DNA of 36,471 nucleotides from an uncultured Cryptobacterium sp. (GTDB lineage Bacteria > Actinomycetota > Coriobacteriia > Coriobacteriales > Eggerthellaceae), in assembly GCA_900554685.1 (NCBI GenBank), contig USIG01000001.1, forward strand, positions 1-36,471. Direction: 5' to 3'. Below are positions 26,563-34,039 of the stretch, piece after piece; positions within the stretch are counted from its first letter, which is position 1, and every line of letters begins with the position of its first letter. The notes under the pieces are model-generated. The model was not told where the DNA came from. It ran no database searches and saw only the letters and a program-made list of their open reading frames with translations. The translations under genes and the position numbers were made by a program.

Positions 26563-26577
26563 GTTACGTTGCGTAAC
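26563..26577 (-). promoter_or_regulatory. Palindrome GTTACG-N3-CGTAAC inside the promoter spacer of the flavin reductase gene
   Basis: Minus strand TTTACA-agttacgcaacgtaacg-TATATT; dyad lies between -35 and -10 as in MerR-type promoters. Confidence 0.5.
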
Positions 26578-26815
26578 TTGTAAATCGATTTCGTAATTTT
26601 TATTTATTTAATATTGGATTTAGTCATGGCATTATTCATAAGAAAATAAACGGTAGCTTTTCCACTCAGCACTATTTCACGTATAGAGCATTAGTGCGTA
26701 ACTCATTAAGAACCCTTAACAACCAGCGCGATAAAACTTGCCACGTTTAAGCAATACACACCGGTTTTCAAGGACAAAGAAGGGATTCATCGGGATGCGA
26801 TTAAAACATCAGAGC

Positions 26816-26855
26816 GTGCCTGAGTGCCTGGGTATCTGGGTGCCTGAATACCTAA
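26816..26855. repeat. 8-bp degenerate tandem repeat x5 at the MarR stop codon
   Basis: gtgcctga gtgcctgg gtatctgg gtgcctga atacctaa. Confidence 0.8.
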
Positions 26856-27334
26856 AGCAGATTCTCCTCCTTGGCAAAGTCACGCAGCATTCTTATCAGA
26901 ATATCTTTTTCGCTTTCTGAATACGCATCAAGCAAACGTATAAGCCTTGCTTGCTTCTGTTTGTGGATTTGTCGATGTGCCAACTGCGCGCTTTCCCCTA
27001 ATGAGGTTAAGGTAAGGCACTTCTCTTTTTTGTTGTTAGTTTTTGCATGTATTGCAACATACCCTTTTTGCTCAAGACGCTTAATAATTTTAGAGATGCC
27101 GCCACGTGTCATTTTGAGAGAATCCGCTATATGAGCAGCAGTAATGTTATCGTTCTCCCCGATTTCTTGAATAACATGGCACTCCGTGATAGAGAGGGTT
27201 GGTGCGCCTTGTCTACCAAGCTCTTTCAAAGCATCAGCAATGGAACGCGAAAACGATGCTTCATTTTCGGAAGAAGCATCCACTATGAGCTGAACTAAAT
27301 GTTCTATCTCTTCATTCCTATTTTCCTGCTGCAT
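26852..27334 (-). CDS. MarR family transcriptional regulator
   Basis: LSITECHVIQEIG..IA..LKMTRGGISKIIKRLEQKGYV..NNKKE..LTLTSLG; start ATG 27334 after GGAGA. Confidence 0.92.
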   Translation of the reverse strand: MQQENRNEEIEHLVQLIVDASSENEASFSRSIADALKELGRQGAPTLSITECHVIQEIGENDNITAAHIADSLKMTRGGISKIIKRLEQKGYVAIHAKTNNKKEKCLTLTSLGESAQLAHRQIHKQKQARLIRLLDAYSESEKDILIRMLRDFAKEENLL

Positions 27335-27348
27335 TATTTTCTCCAAAA

Positions 27349-27405
27349 GTTTCCATGGAAACAAAATCATACTTTTGCTAAAATAGTTTCTACGGAAACT
27401 ATTTT
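27349..27405. promoter_or_regulatory. Two palindromic operators GTTTC-N4-GAAAC (probable MarR sites)
   Basis: GTTTCCATGGAAAC 27349-27362 and AAAATAGTTTC-tacg-GAAACTATTTT 27380-27405. Confidence 0.8.
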
Positions 27406-27518
27406 GCCTTTCTGTAAATTATAGTTCACGACGAAAGTGAAATTTTTAAAGAACCTACTGATCTTGGCTTTGCCAAACAGCTACTTAAACATCTATTGAA
27501 CTGCTGAAAGGATGCAGA

Positions 27519-27878
27519 ATGATATCCCATTGGCTCGGATGGATATCCTTAGTAATTGGACTTTTGCTTCTCGCTAAATTTTTCGGACGATTGTCCAAAA
27601 GCAAAATAATCAATCAGTACCTTAGAAAGATCCATAAACCTCTGGGAAACGCCCTTATCGCAATAGCGGTGATCCATGGAGTTCTTTCGTTTGCAGGTAA
27701 TACACAAGCTCTTTTGCAGGGACTTACAGGACTGCTCGCTTTGCTGAGCGCTTTTTTCCTTGCAAGAACGTTCTACGCGAAGAAAAAGCTTAAAAACAAA
27801 TGGCTCCAGATGCACAAGCATCTAGCGTTGCTGTTCTTGGTTCTTATCGTTATTCATATATCACTGTCGCTTGTGTAA
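27519..27878 (+). CDS. Small 4-TM membrane protein with paired His residues (cytochrome b561/ferric-reductase TM-like)
   Basis: IHKPLG..IHGVL and MHKHLA..IHISL His pairs on TM2 and TM4; RBS GAAAGGA. Confidence 0.7.
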   Translation: MISHWLGWISLVIGLLLLAKFFGRLSKSKIINQYLRKIHKPLGNALIAIAVIHGVLSFAGNTQALLQGLTGLLALLSAFFLARTFYAKKKLKNKWLQMHKHLALLFLVLIVIHISLSLV

Positions 27879-27903
27879 GTGATAAGTAACCTTAAAAAGA
27901 GCA

Positions 27904-27932
27904 AGAGGCTCGACAAAATATGCCGAGCCTCT
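27904..27932. terminator. Bidirectional terminator between convergent genes
   Basis: AGAGGCTCGACA-N5-TGCCGAGCCTCT. Confidence 0.65.
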
Positions 27933-27992
27933 CTCCGTTACATTCTCTACGCTAAAGTACGCTTATTCCTTGCTGCTAATTCCAGCGTTTTT

Positions 27993-29573
27993 CTACATCA
28001 AAGCCTTCAGATCGTCTTCGGGTGTGGAAATAGGAGCTAATTCAAAGGTATTAACAAGAACCTCTAGCACAGCTGGCGACACAAAAGCAGGCAGCGTAGG
28101 TCCTAAACGAATTCCCTTAATGCCAAGATGTAAAAGCGTAAGCAAAATACATACTGCTTTCTGTTCATACCAAGAAAGGACCAAGCTTAAAGGCAGTTCG
28201 TTAACCTCGCACTTGAAAGCATCAGCAAGAGCTAATGCAACTTGGATGGCCCCATAAGCATCATTGCACTGACCCATATCAAGCAAGCGCGGAATACCTC
28301 CAATGTCACCAAGATCACGATCATTGAAGCGGAACTTTCCACAGCCAAGAGTGAGTATGATTGAATCTTGTGGTGCCTGATCAACAAATTCACTGAAGTA
28401 GTTACGACCTGAACGCGCGCCATCGCAACCGCCTACCAAGAAGAAATGCTTGATGGCTCCGCTCTGCACTGCGCCAACAACGGTATCGACAAGACCTAAA
28501 ATGGTTCCGTGTCCAAACCCTGTAGATAACACAGTTCCACCATTTGTCCCAAAGAACTGCTGTGTCTGCCCGAACCCACCTAGTTCTTTGGCCTTAGCAA
28601 TCACGGGAGCGAAATCTTTGTCTTCACCTATATGCTGAAGTCCTTCGTATCCCACAACAGAAGTCGTAAATACTCGATCAGCATACGAATCGCGTGGAGG
28701 CATAAGGCAGTTAGTGGTAAACAAGAACGCGCCAGGAATCTGCGCAAACTCTTTCTGCTGATTTTGCCAAGCCGTGCCAAAATGTCCCTTTAGGTGGTCG
28801 TATTTTCTCAACTCCGGATAACCATGAGCAGGAAGCATTTCTCCGTGTGTATAAACAGACACTCCCGTTCCCTTGGTCTGCTCAAGCAATAAGTAAAGAT
28901 CATGCAAATCGTGACCGGAAACAACAATAAACGGACCCGGTTCAATCTTCATCTCGACCTCTGTCGGAGAAGGAGTGCCATAGGTTTTCGTATTTGCCTT
29001 ATCGAGTAGAGCCATGCAGGTGAGATTAACTTCCCCTACTTTTAAGCTAAGCGCAATAAGATCATCAACCGATAAAGTTTCGTCTGCCAGCGAAGCGAGC
29101 CCTTCCACAAAGAAGCGATTCATGCCCTCATCGGTATACCCTAGCACCCAAGCATGATGAGCATAGGCCCCCATACCGCGCAGTCCAAAAAGAATAAGCG
29201 ACTTTAACGAACGAAGGGTATCTTCTGCTTGCCAAAGCGTTTCAACATTATAGGCATCAGGCAGCTCTACCTTTGCATGAGCAGAAAGCTCACTCATATG
29301 TTCGCGTACGCCTTGAGTGTAAGTTTCGATAGCCTTATCATCAAAATTTACATTGGTAACTGTAACGAACAATCCTTCAATAATACGATGGTAGGTTTCC
29401 TGAGTCGCTACACCTCCCTGATGTGCCACGCAAGCTAAATCAACCAAAGCGCTGGTTAGCTGATCTTGCAAGGCAGCCGTGTGGGCCGTTTTGCCACATG
29501 TCCCCCTGCTCGATGTGCAACCAGAACATCCAGCAGTTTGCTCACACTGGAAACAAAACATTTGAGTATCCAT
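27993..29573 (-). CDS. hcp: Hybrid cluster protein (hydroxylamine/NO reductase)
   Basis: MFCFQCEQTA..GC..G.CGK; SGHDL; YTHGEMLPAH; TTNC; GGCDG; GCGK; GQCND; SWYEQKA; start ATG 29573. Confidence 0.97.
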   Translation of the reverse strand: MDTQMFCFQCEQTAGCSGCTSSRGTCGKTAHTAALQDQLTSALVDLACVAHQGGVATQETYHRIIEGLFVTVTNVNFDDKAIETYTQGVREHMSELSAHAKVELPDAYNVETLWQAEDTLRSLKSLILFGLRGMGAYAHHAWVLGYTDEGMNRFFVEGLASLADETLSVDDLIALSLKVGEVNLTCMALLDKANTKTYGTPSPTEVEMKIEPGPFIVVSGHDLHDLYLLLEQTKGTGVSVYTHGEMLPAHGYPELRKYDHLKGHFGTAWQNQQKEFAQIPGAFLFTTNCLMPPRDSYADRVFTTSVVGYEGLQHIGEDKDFAPVIAKAKELGGFGQTQQFFGTNGGTVLSTGFGHGTILGLVDTVVGAVQSGAIKHFFLVGGCDGARSGRNYFSEFVDQAPQDSIILTLGCGKFRFNDRDLGDIGGIPRLLDMGQCNDAYGAIQVALALADAFKCEVNELPLSLVLSWYEQKAVCILLTLLHLGIKGIRLGPTLPAFVSPAVLEVLVNTFELAPISTPEDDLKALM

Positions 29574-29633
29574 TGCATCCCCTATCGTCTCGCACATAAT
29601 GACATCAGACTAAAGAGAACCAATTCTGTTGTA

Positions 29634-29649
29634 TGTTGGATTTCCAACA
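29634..29649. promoter_or_regulatory. Crp/Fnr (HcpR-type) palindrome TGTTGG-N4-CCAACA
   Basis: Perfect 6-bp arms between divergent hcp and Crp/Fnr genes; centre ~41.5 bp upstream of the start implied by minus-strand -10 TAGTCT (29612-29607). Confidence 0.7.
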
Positions 29650-29670
29650 AAGCTGTGACATAATCGGGAA

Positions 29671-30444
29671 ATGCAAAGGGATTTAGACATACCAACTCTA
29701 CAAAGCAACTGCACTATAGATCCAAATTCTTTAGATAGCTTCTCTCGGCCATTTCGCCGTTATCTCGATGCTCTAAAGCAAACACCTCTTTTCGTAGGCA
29801 TGACAGAAATTGAAATTCTTTTACTTCTTCGTTGCTTCAAAGCAAAAAAGAACCAGTTTGCGAAAGGAAGCTATCTGATCCGTACAGGAGAGGTTGTGCC
29901 TTATCTTGGAATTGTCGTCGAAGGATTTGTCGAAGTGATTCAAGAAGATTTTTGGGGCAACCGCAATCTAGTTGCGAAGTTTGGAGCAGGACATATTTTT
30001 GCCGAATCCTTCGCGTGTGCTGCGCAAGGCGCTCGCCGCGAAATAAAATCCCTCGTTTCCGTGTTTGCGCCCCAAGATTGCACGATACTCTGGCTTTCTC
30101 CCAACAGTATTACTGCACCATGCAATCAAGCATGCCCGCATCATACCCGCATGTTGCAAAATCTTTTAGGTGTCTTTGCACTTAAAAACATTACGCTCAG
30201 TGAAAAGCTTACCCATATGGGCAAGCGCTCAACACGAAACAAGCTGCTTTCCTATTTGTCGGCGCAAGCCGCACAGGCAGGATCTTCTCGCTTCACTATC
30301 CCGTTTAATCGCCAACAACTAGCAGATTATCTCTCTGTTGAACGAAGCGCCATGTGCGTCGAGCTTTCAAAGTTACAAGCCGAAGGGGTACTTGTGTATC
30401 ACCGTAATAATTTCGAACTACTCCAGAAAAGCATTGAACAGTAA
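29671..30444 (+). CDS. hcpR: Crp/Fnr family regulator divergent from hcp (HcpR-like)
   Basis: cNMP-like domain (LF.GM..EI, G..FAES) plus HTH RQQLADYLSVERSAM..ELSKL; CxxxCxxH motif; start uncertain. Confidence 0.85.
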   Translation: MQRDLDIPTLQSNCTIDPNSLDSFSRPFRRYLDALKQTPLFVGMTEIEILLLLRCFKAKKNQFAKGSYLIRTGEVVPYLGIVVEGFVEVIQEDFWGNRNLVAKFGAGHIFAESFACAAQGARREIKSLVSVFAPQDCTILWLSPNSITAPCNQACPHHTRMLQNLLGVFALKNITLSEKLTHMGKRSTRNKLLSYLSAQAAQAGSSRFTIPFNRQQLADYLSVERSAMCVELSKLQAEGVLVYHRNNFELLQKSIEQ

Positions 30445-30471
30445 AGAAATTAAGAACACTGGAACAAAAAC

Positions 30472-30502
30472 TTGACTCTCTCGCCACGTCAACGTCCATC
30501 CT
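30472..30502 (+). promoter_or_regulatory. MerR-type autoregulated promoter with 19-bp spacer
   Basis: TTGACT (30472)-N19-CATCCT (30497) with an imperfect dyad ending CGTCAACGTC, like tipA/mta promoters. Confidence 0.6.
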
Positions 30503-30522
30503 GTTTTCAGGAGGTGCCGAGA

Positions 30523-31311
30523 ATGAAGAAATCACATAACAAAGAAATCCAGAGCTATACCATTGGTCAACTTGCTAAGTTAGCAGGAGTGAGCGCCCGC
30601 ACCCTAAGATATTACGAGGATGAAGGGCTTATTCACCCTTTGAGAACAAGTACCAACTATCGTATCTACCACGAGAAAGACGCAAGACGCCTTGCGCAAA
30701 TCCTCGCTATGAGAGCCTGCGGACTTCCACTCACGACCATACGACACCTACTCGAAGATTTGGATGCCGATATCCATGGAGCTCTTGTCTCGCACCTTTG
30801 TTCTCTGCAAAAGCAGAAGAAATCTTTGAAAGAGGCAATCGCTCGAACCGAAAAGGCGATAGCCGCAATCGAAAGGATGGAAGACGTGGACAGCAAAACC
30901 GCATTTAACGAACTCAAAAAGAAAGGTCTGAAGGATTTTGAAGAAACATACGGTCAAGAAGCACGCCAGCTCTACGGTGATGATGCCATTGAAGCCGCCA
31001 ACAAACGGATGATGGCACTTACGCGCGACGAATGGGATGCTAAAGAGCTCCTTGAAGACTCTATTAAAGTGCAGTTGCGTTTAGCAATGGCTTCTGGAGA
31101 TATAGCTGGCACCGAAGCACGCGAACTCGCTTGCATGCACGAGCGTTGGATCCGCATTCATTGGGGTAATGACGCTTATAGCAAACAAGCCCATTTAGGT
31201 CTCGCGAAAACCTATCTTGCCGATGAACGTTTTCGTGCCTACTACGAAAAAGCCGCTGGCAAAGGTGCAACCGAATTTCTAGTCGGTGCACTCGAAGCGT
31301 ATTTGAAATAG
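30523..31311 (+). CDS. MerR family regulator with C-terminal TipAS effector domain (TipA/Mta-like)
   Basis: YTIGQLAKLAGVSARTLRYYEDEGLI..NYRIY; EEtYGQEA..YGD, H.RW, LA..Y.ADERF..YYE; ATG 30523 after AGGAGG. Confidence 0.93.
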   Translation: MKKSHNKEIQSYTIGQLAKLAGVSARTLRYYEDEGLIHPLRTSTNYRIYHEKDARRLAQILAMRACGLPLTTIRHLLEDLDADIHGALVSHLCSLQKQKKSLKEAIARTEKAIAAIERMEDVDSKTAFNELKKKGLKDFEETYGQEARQLYGDDAIEAANKRMMALTRDEWDAKELLEDSIKVQLRLAMASGDIAGTEARELACMHERWIRIHWGNDAYSKQAHLGLAKTYLADERFRAYYEKAAGKGATEFLVGALEAYLK

Positions 31312-31358
31312 TTTTAGAAACGAGCATCTGATACGAGATGCAAGTATAAAAGCGTTTG

Positions 31359-31393
31359 TGAGCCGAGCCCACTATCGTGACTCGGCTCAAAAT
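31359..31393. terminator. Hairpin after the MerR gene
   Basis: TGAGCCGAG-N-CTCGGCTCA inverted repeat followed by AAA. Confidence 0.6.
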
Positions 31394-31967
31394 GGTAAAA
31401 GCGGCGTACAATGATTGTTTTGGGAAGGCTTAGTCGATGCGGATATTGAGAAAGCGTGACCAACAATAGTATTGCGAAAACTGCACTTTTTCTTGTATCT
31501 AGTATTGCGATTTATGCTGTTTTTTCTCAGAAAGACACATCAAATAAAGGCATGCTGGAACTCAAGCCAATTTATTTAGCGCTCGTGATAATTGAGGGTC
31601 TATAAGGCAGGACTAGTGAATATGCGTTTTTTGAAAGTATTACAAACTGCAGTTTATAGAAAAACCGTATTGCTACATCCCTAGAAATCGCATCCCTAAT
31701 TTTGAGCATGTTTGGCATATAGGACAAAACAGCCAACAGCAATCTGCTTATCATTATCGAAACCAATGCAGATAAATGATATTGAGAAGTCCCAACGGTA
31801 ACATCAGAAGGTTTTCGCGGTTTTGGTTTTTGGGACTTCATGTATCTTGAAAACGCAAGCCAAAGAACCGTAAGAAGAGACGCTTCCTGCCGAGAACCTC
31901 CCCTGTTAAGGGGCAAAAGTTTCATATAATGCGATATATTGCCTGTTAAAATGAATTTGAAGCGCAG

Positions 31968-32242
31968 ATGAACGAGTCGCTTTTTCGCAGAGAGTGCTAT
32001 TTGAAAAAGATAAGGCCTAGTACGACGCGGACGACATCATCAAAGTCATAACCGGCGTGCGCCGCTGTGGCAAATCACACCTTATGAGATCCATCGCCGA
32101 CGAGCTTCTCGAGCGCGGCGTGCCTGAGAAGGATATCGTTTTCCTCGACCTCGATTCCAGAAAACTCCGCAATCTTCGAACCCCCGACCAACTTGAAAGA
32201 GCTATTGAGGCAAGGTTGGAAGATGACGAGGACCTGCTCTAG
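31968..32242 (+). pseudogene. Truncated, frameshifted AAA+ ATPase (AAA_14/COG1373 type)
   Basis: MNESLFRRECYLKKIRP, frameshift at ~32018, then YDADDIIKVITGVRRCGKS (Walker A) ...FLDLD; stops before Walker B. Confidence 0.8.
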
Positions 32243-32284
32243 TCTCGCATCTTCAAGCGTTCCAAATCCGTTGATTCGCCTAAA

Positions 32285-32647
32285 TTGATTAACAGCGTCT
32301 ACTCAAAGATGAGGAAGAAAGGCGTTTCCTCTAGCGAGATGTTTAAGTTCCATCAGAAACTTAAACAAATCCTAAAGAAGGCCGTGAAGGAAGATGTCAT
32401 TCTCCGCAATCCTTGCGATCAAATTGACGGCATTAAAAGCCCTGAGCCCAAACCACGCAAAAGCCTTTCTCTTGAGCAAGCCTACAAACTTGCATCTGAC
32501 TTCATATCGAAGCTCAACTTGATTCCAAAGGGAGAAGACGGCCTTACTTTGAATATTTATGCCCATGCAATCGAGCAAAACGACCGCGAAGCTGCTGAAA
32601 CTATAGGAAATATACTGGATTCTCAATCACATGAATCGACCGATTAG
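32285..32647 (+). pseudogene. Tyrosine integrase relic with internal deletion of the catalytic core
   Basis: Core-binding segment LKQILKKAVKEDVILRNPC..LSLEQ joined almost directly to the C-terminal TLNIYAHA..DREAA; R, HxxR and GHS motifs absent. Confidence 0.82.
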
Positions 32648-32680
32648 ACTACGGCATGAATTTAGCTGCTATCTTCGATA

Positions 32681-32709
32681 TTGAATCAATGCATCGTTGA
32701 TGGTATAAA
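32681..32709 (+). promoter_or_regulatory. Sigma70-type promoter upstream of the DUF3800 cassette
   Basis: TTGAAT-N17-TATAAA with TG-n extended -10. Confidence 0.7.
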
Positions 32710-32715
32710 GTAATT

Positions 32716-32770
32716 AGTTTTCCAATAGGAGGACTTCCAAGTGCCGGGGGCATTTTCCCCGGCTTTCTTT
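32716..32770 (+). ncRNA. Candidate ~55-nt DUF3800-associated structured RNA ending in a terminator-like hairpin
   Basis: After the promoter: TTCC-AATA-GGAG mini-stem, then GCCGGGGG-CATTT-TCCCCGGC followed by TTTCTTT, immediately before the DUF3800 RBS. Confidence 0.5.
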
Positions 32771-32785
32771 GTATTAGGAGCAAAA

Positions 32786-33457
32786 TTGCGCGAACTTAGC
32801 GTCTTTATAGACGAATCAGGAAGCGACAACCTTAGAGATAAGTACTACTTGCTCACACTGGTGCTTCACGAGCAAGACGCAGATATCTCTCAAAACATAC
32901 AAAAATACGAACGCTCCCTTTCGGAGAAAGGCCTGCCAAATATCCCATTCCACGGATCACCGCTTCTAAACGGACATGGGGACTATGCCAATGTAAGTCC
33001 CGCCGATAGAAAACGACTACTGTCGTCGTTTCGAGTGTTCTTCCGTTACATACCGATACGTTACGTTTGCATAACTCTTAAAACAAAAGAATACTCAGAT
33101 CTTAAGAAACTAACGACTGCTATGCGTAAGCAGCTGGTTAATTTCCTATTCGATAATCTTTCGTACTTCCAAGATTTCGACACAGTTAAGGTGTATTACG
33201 ACGACGGACAAAAATCGATTGCAGAAGCCGTTCACAAAGCTATAGATTATGCCTTAGCAAAAAATGCTGTTACCTACAGGCAAGCATCTCCCAGCGATTA
33301 CAGACTCGGCCAAATAGCAGATTATATTTGCACAATAGAACTAACCGCACTTAAATACTCTGACAAGATTTCATCATCAACTAACGAAAAGTTTTTTGGA
33401 TCTTGGTCTCAATTTAAAAAGGGTATCCTTAAGGATGTTCGGACAAAAAAGATCTAA
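32786..33457 (+). CDS. DUF3800 domain protein (predicted RNase H-like fold)
   Basis: N-terminal SVFIDESG, PFH, VYYDDGQ, QIADY acidic motifs typical of DUF3800; TTG start after AGGAG. Confidence 0.85.
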   Translation: MRELSVFIDESGSDNLRDKYYLLTLVLHEQDADISQNIQKYERSLSEKGLPNIPFHGSPLLNGHGDYANVSPADRKRLLSSFRVFFRYIPIRYVCITLKTKEYSDLKKLTTAMRKQLVNFLFDNLSYFQDFDTVKVYYDDGQKSIAEAVHKAIDYALAKNAVTYRQASPSDYRLGQIADYICTIELTALKYSDKISSSTNEKFFGSWSQFKKGILKDVRTKKI

Positions 33458-33487
33458 TCTTGTCCTGGCTTAGAGTTTAAAACCAAA

Positions 33488-34014
33488 AACTTTCAAACTG
33501 GTGAAGAAGGCTTCAACTTGGCGAGCATCCTTCTTTTAGGTAAAGACGAAACAATACTAGAGGCATGCCCGGTATACCGTACCGACGCAATGCTACGCAG
33601 ATCAAACACTAACCGTTACGACGACAAGACAGTGGTAGCGACAAATCTTATAGACTCATACCCTTCTACGCGAACTTCTTCACTCAAATAGGGCTTGCCG
33701 AAGAGCTAGGAAGCGGTACGCGCAACCTCTACCACTACTCTCGGCTATATTCCGGAAGCGAACCTGATCTCAATGATGATGATTTTTTTAATGCCTTTGT
33801 CCCCACACCGCCTGTCTCATTCATGGATGCAAATTCTCAAAACAACACCAGCGCCCCTTCAAAACATAGGTTCTCGAAACCTGTAGCCACCATTGAAGAG
33901 GCAGCGATAGGTCTGCTTAAAGAACGTTCTCTATTTGATAAACAGTATGAAACCTCATTGCTGTATCCAATAAAGAATAGGGCTCCGAGAAGCTCTCGGA
34001 GCCCTACATTGTAA
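33488..34014 (+). pseudogene. Relic of AlbA_2 / RecG-C-terminal-like (HATPase_c_4) protein with internal deletion
   Basis: Segment 1 FQTGEEGFNLASILLLGKDE..RTDA..RYDD..TNLIDSY; frame change at ~33665; segment 2 ANFFTQIGLAEELGSGTRNLY..YSGSEP; no start. Confidence 0.7.
33978..34006. terminator. Strong hairpin downstream of the surface-protein gene
   Basis: TAGGGCTCCGAGA-AGC-TCTCGGAGCCCTA perfect 13-bp stem. Confidence 0.75.
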
Positions 34015-34039
34015 TGTGTAGCTTATTTTGTGCTATTTT

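Noticed and set aside
31388..31410. AAAATGGT after a hairpin as the second att copy of the tRNA-Met 3' end
   Set aside because: Only TGGT matches the tRNA end; too short to support
31467..31510. Direct repeat TAGTATTGCGA at 31467 and 31500
   Set aside because: Only two copies with no associated gene or promoter that I can support
31572..31925. 117-aa minus-strand ORF in the AT-rich islet
   Set aside because: No RBS, no recognisable motif; probably spurious or unidentifiable debris
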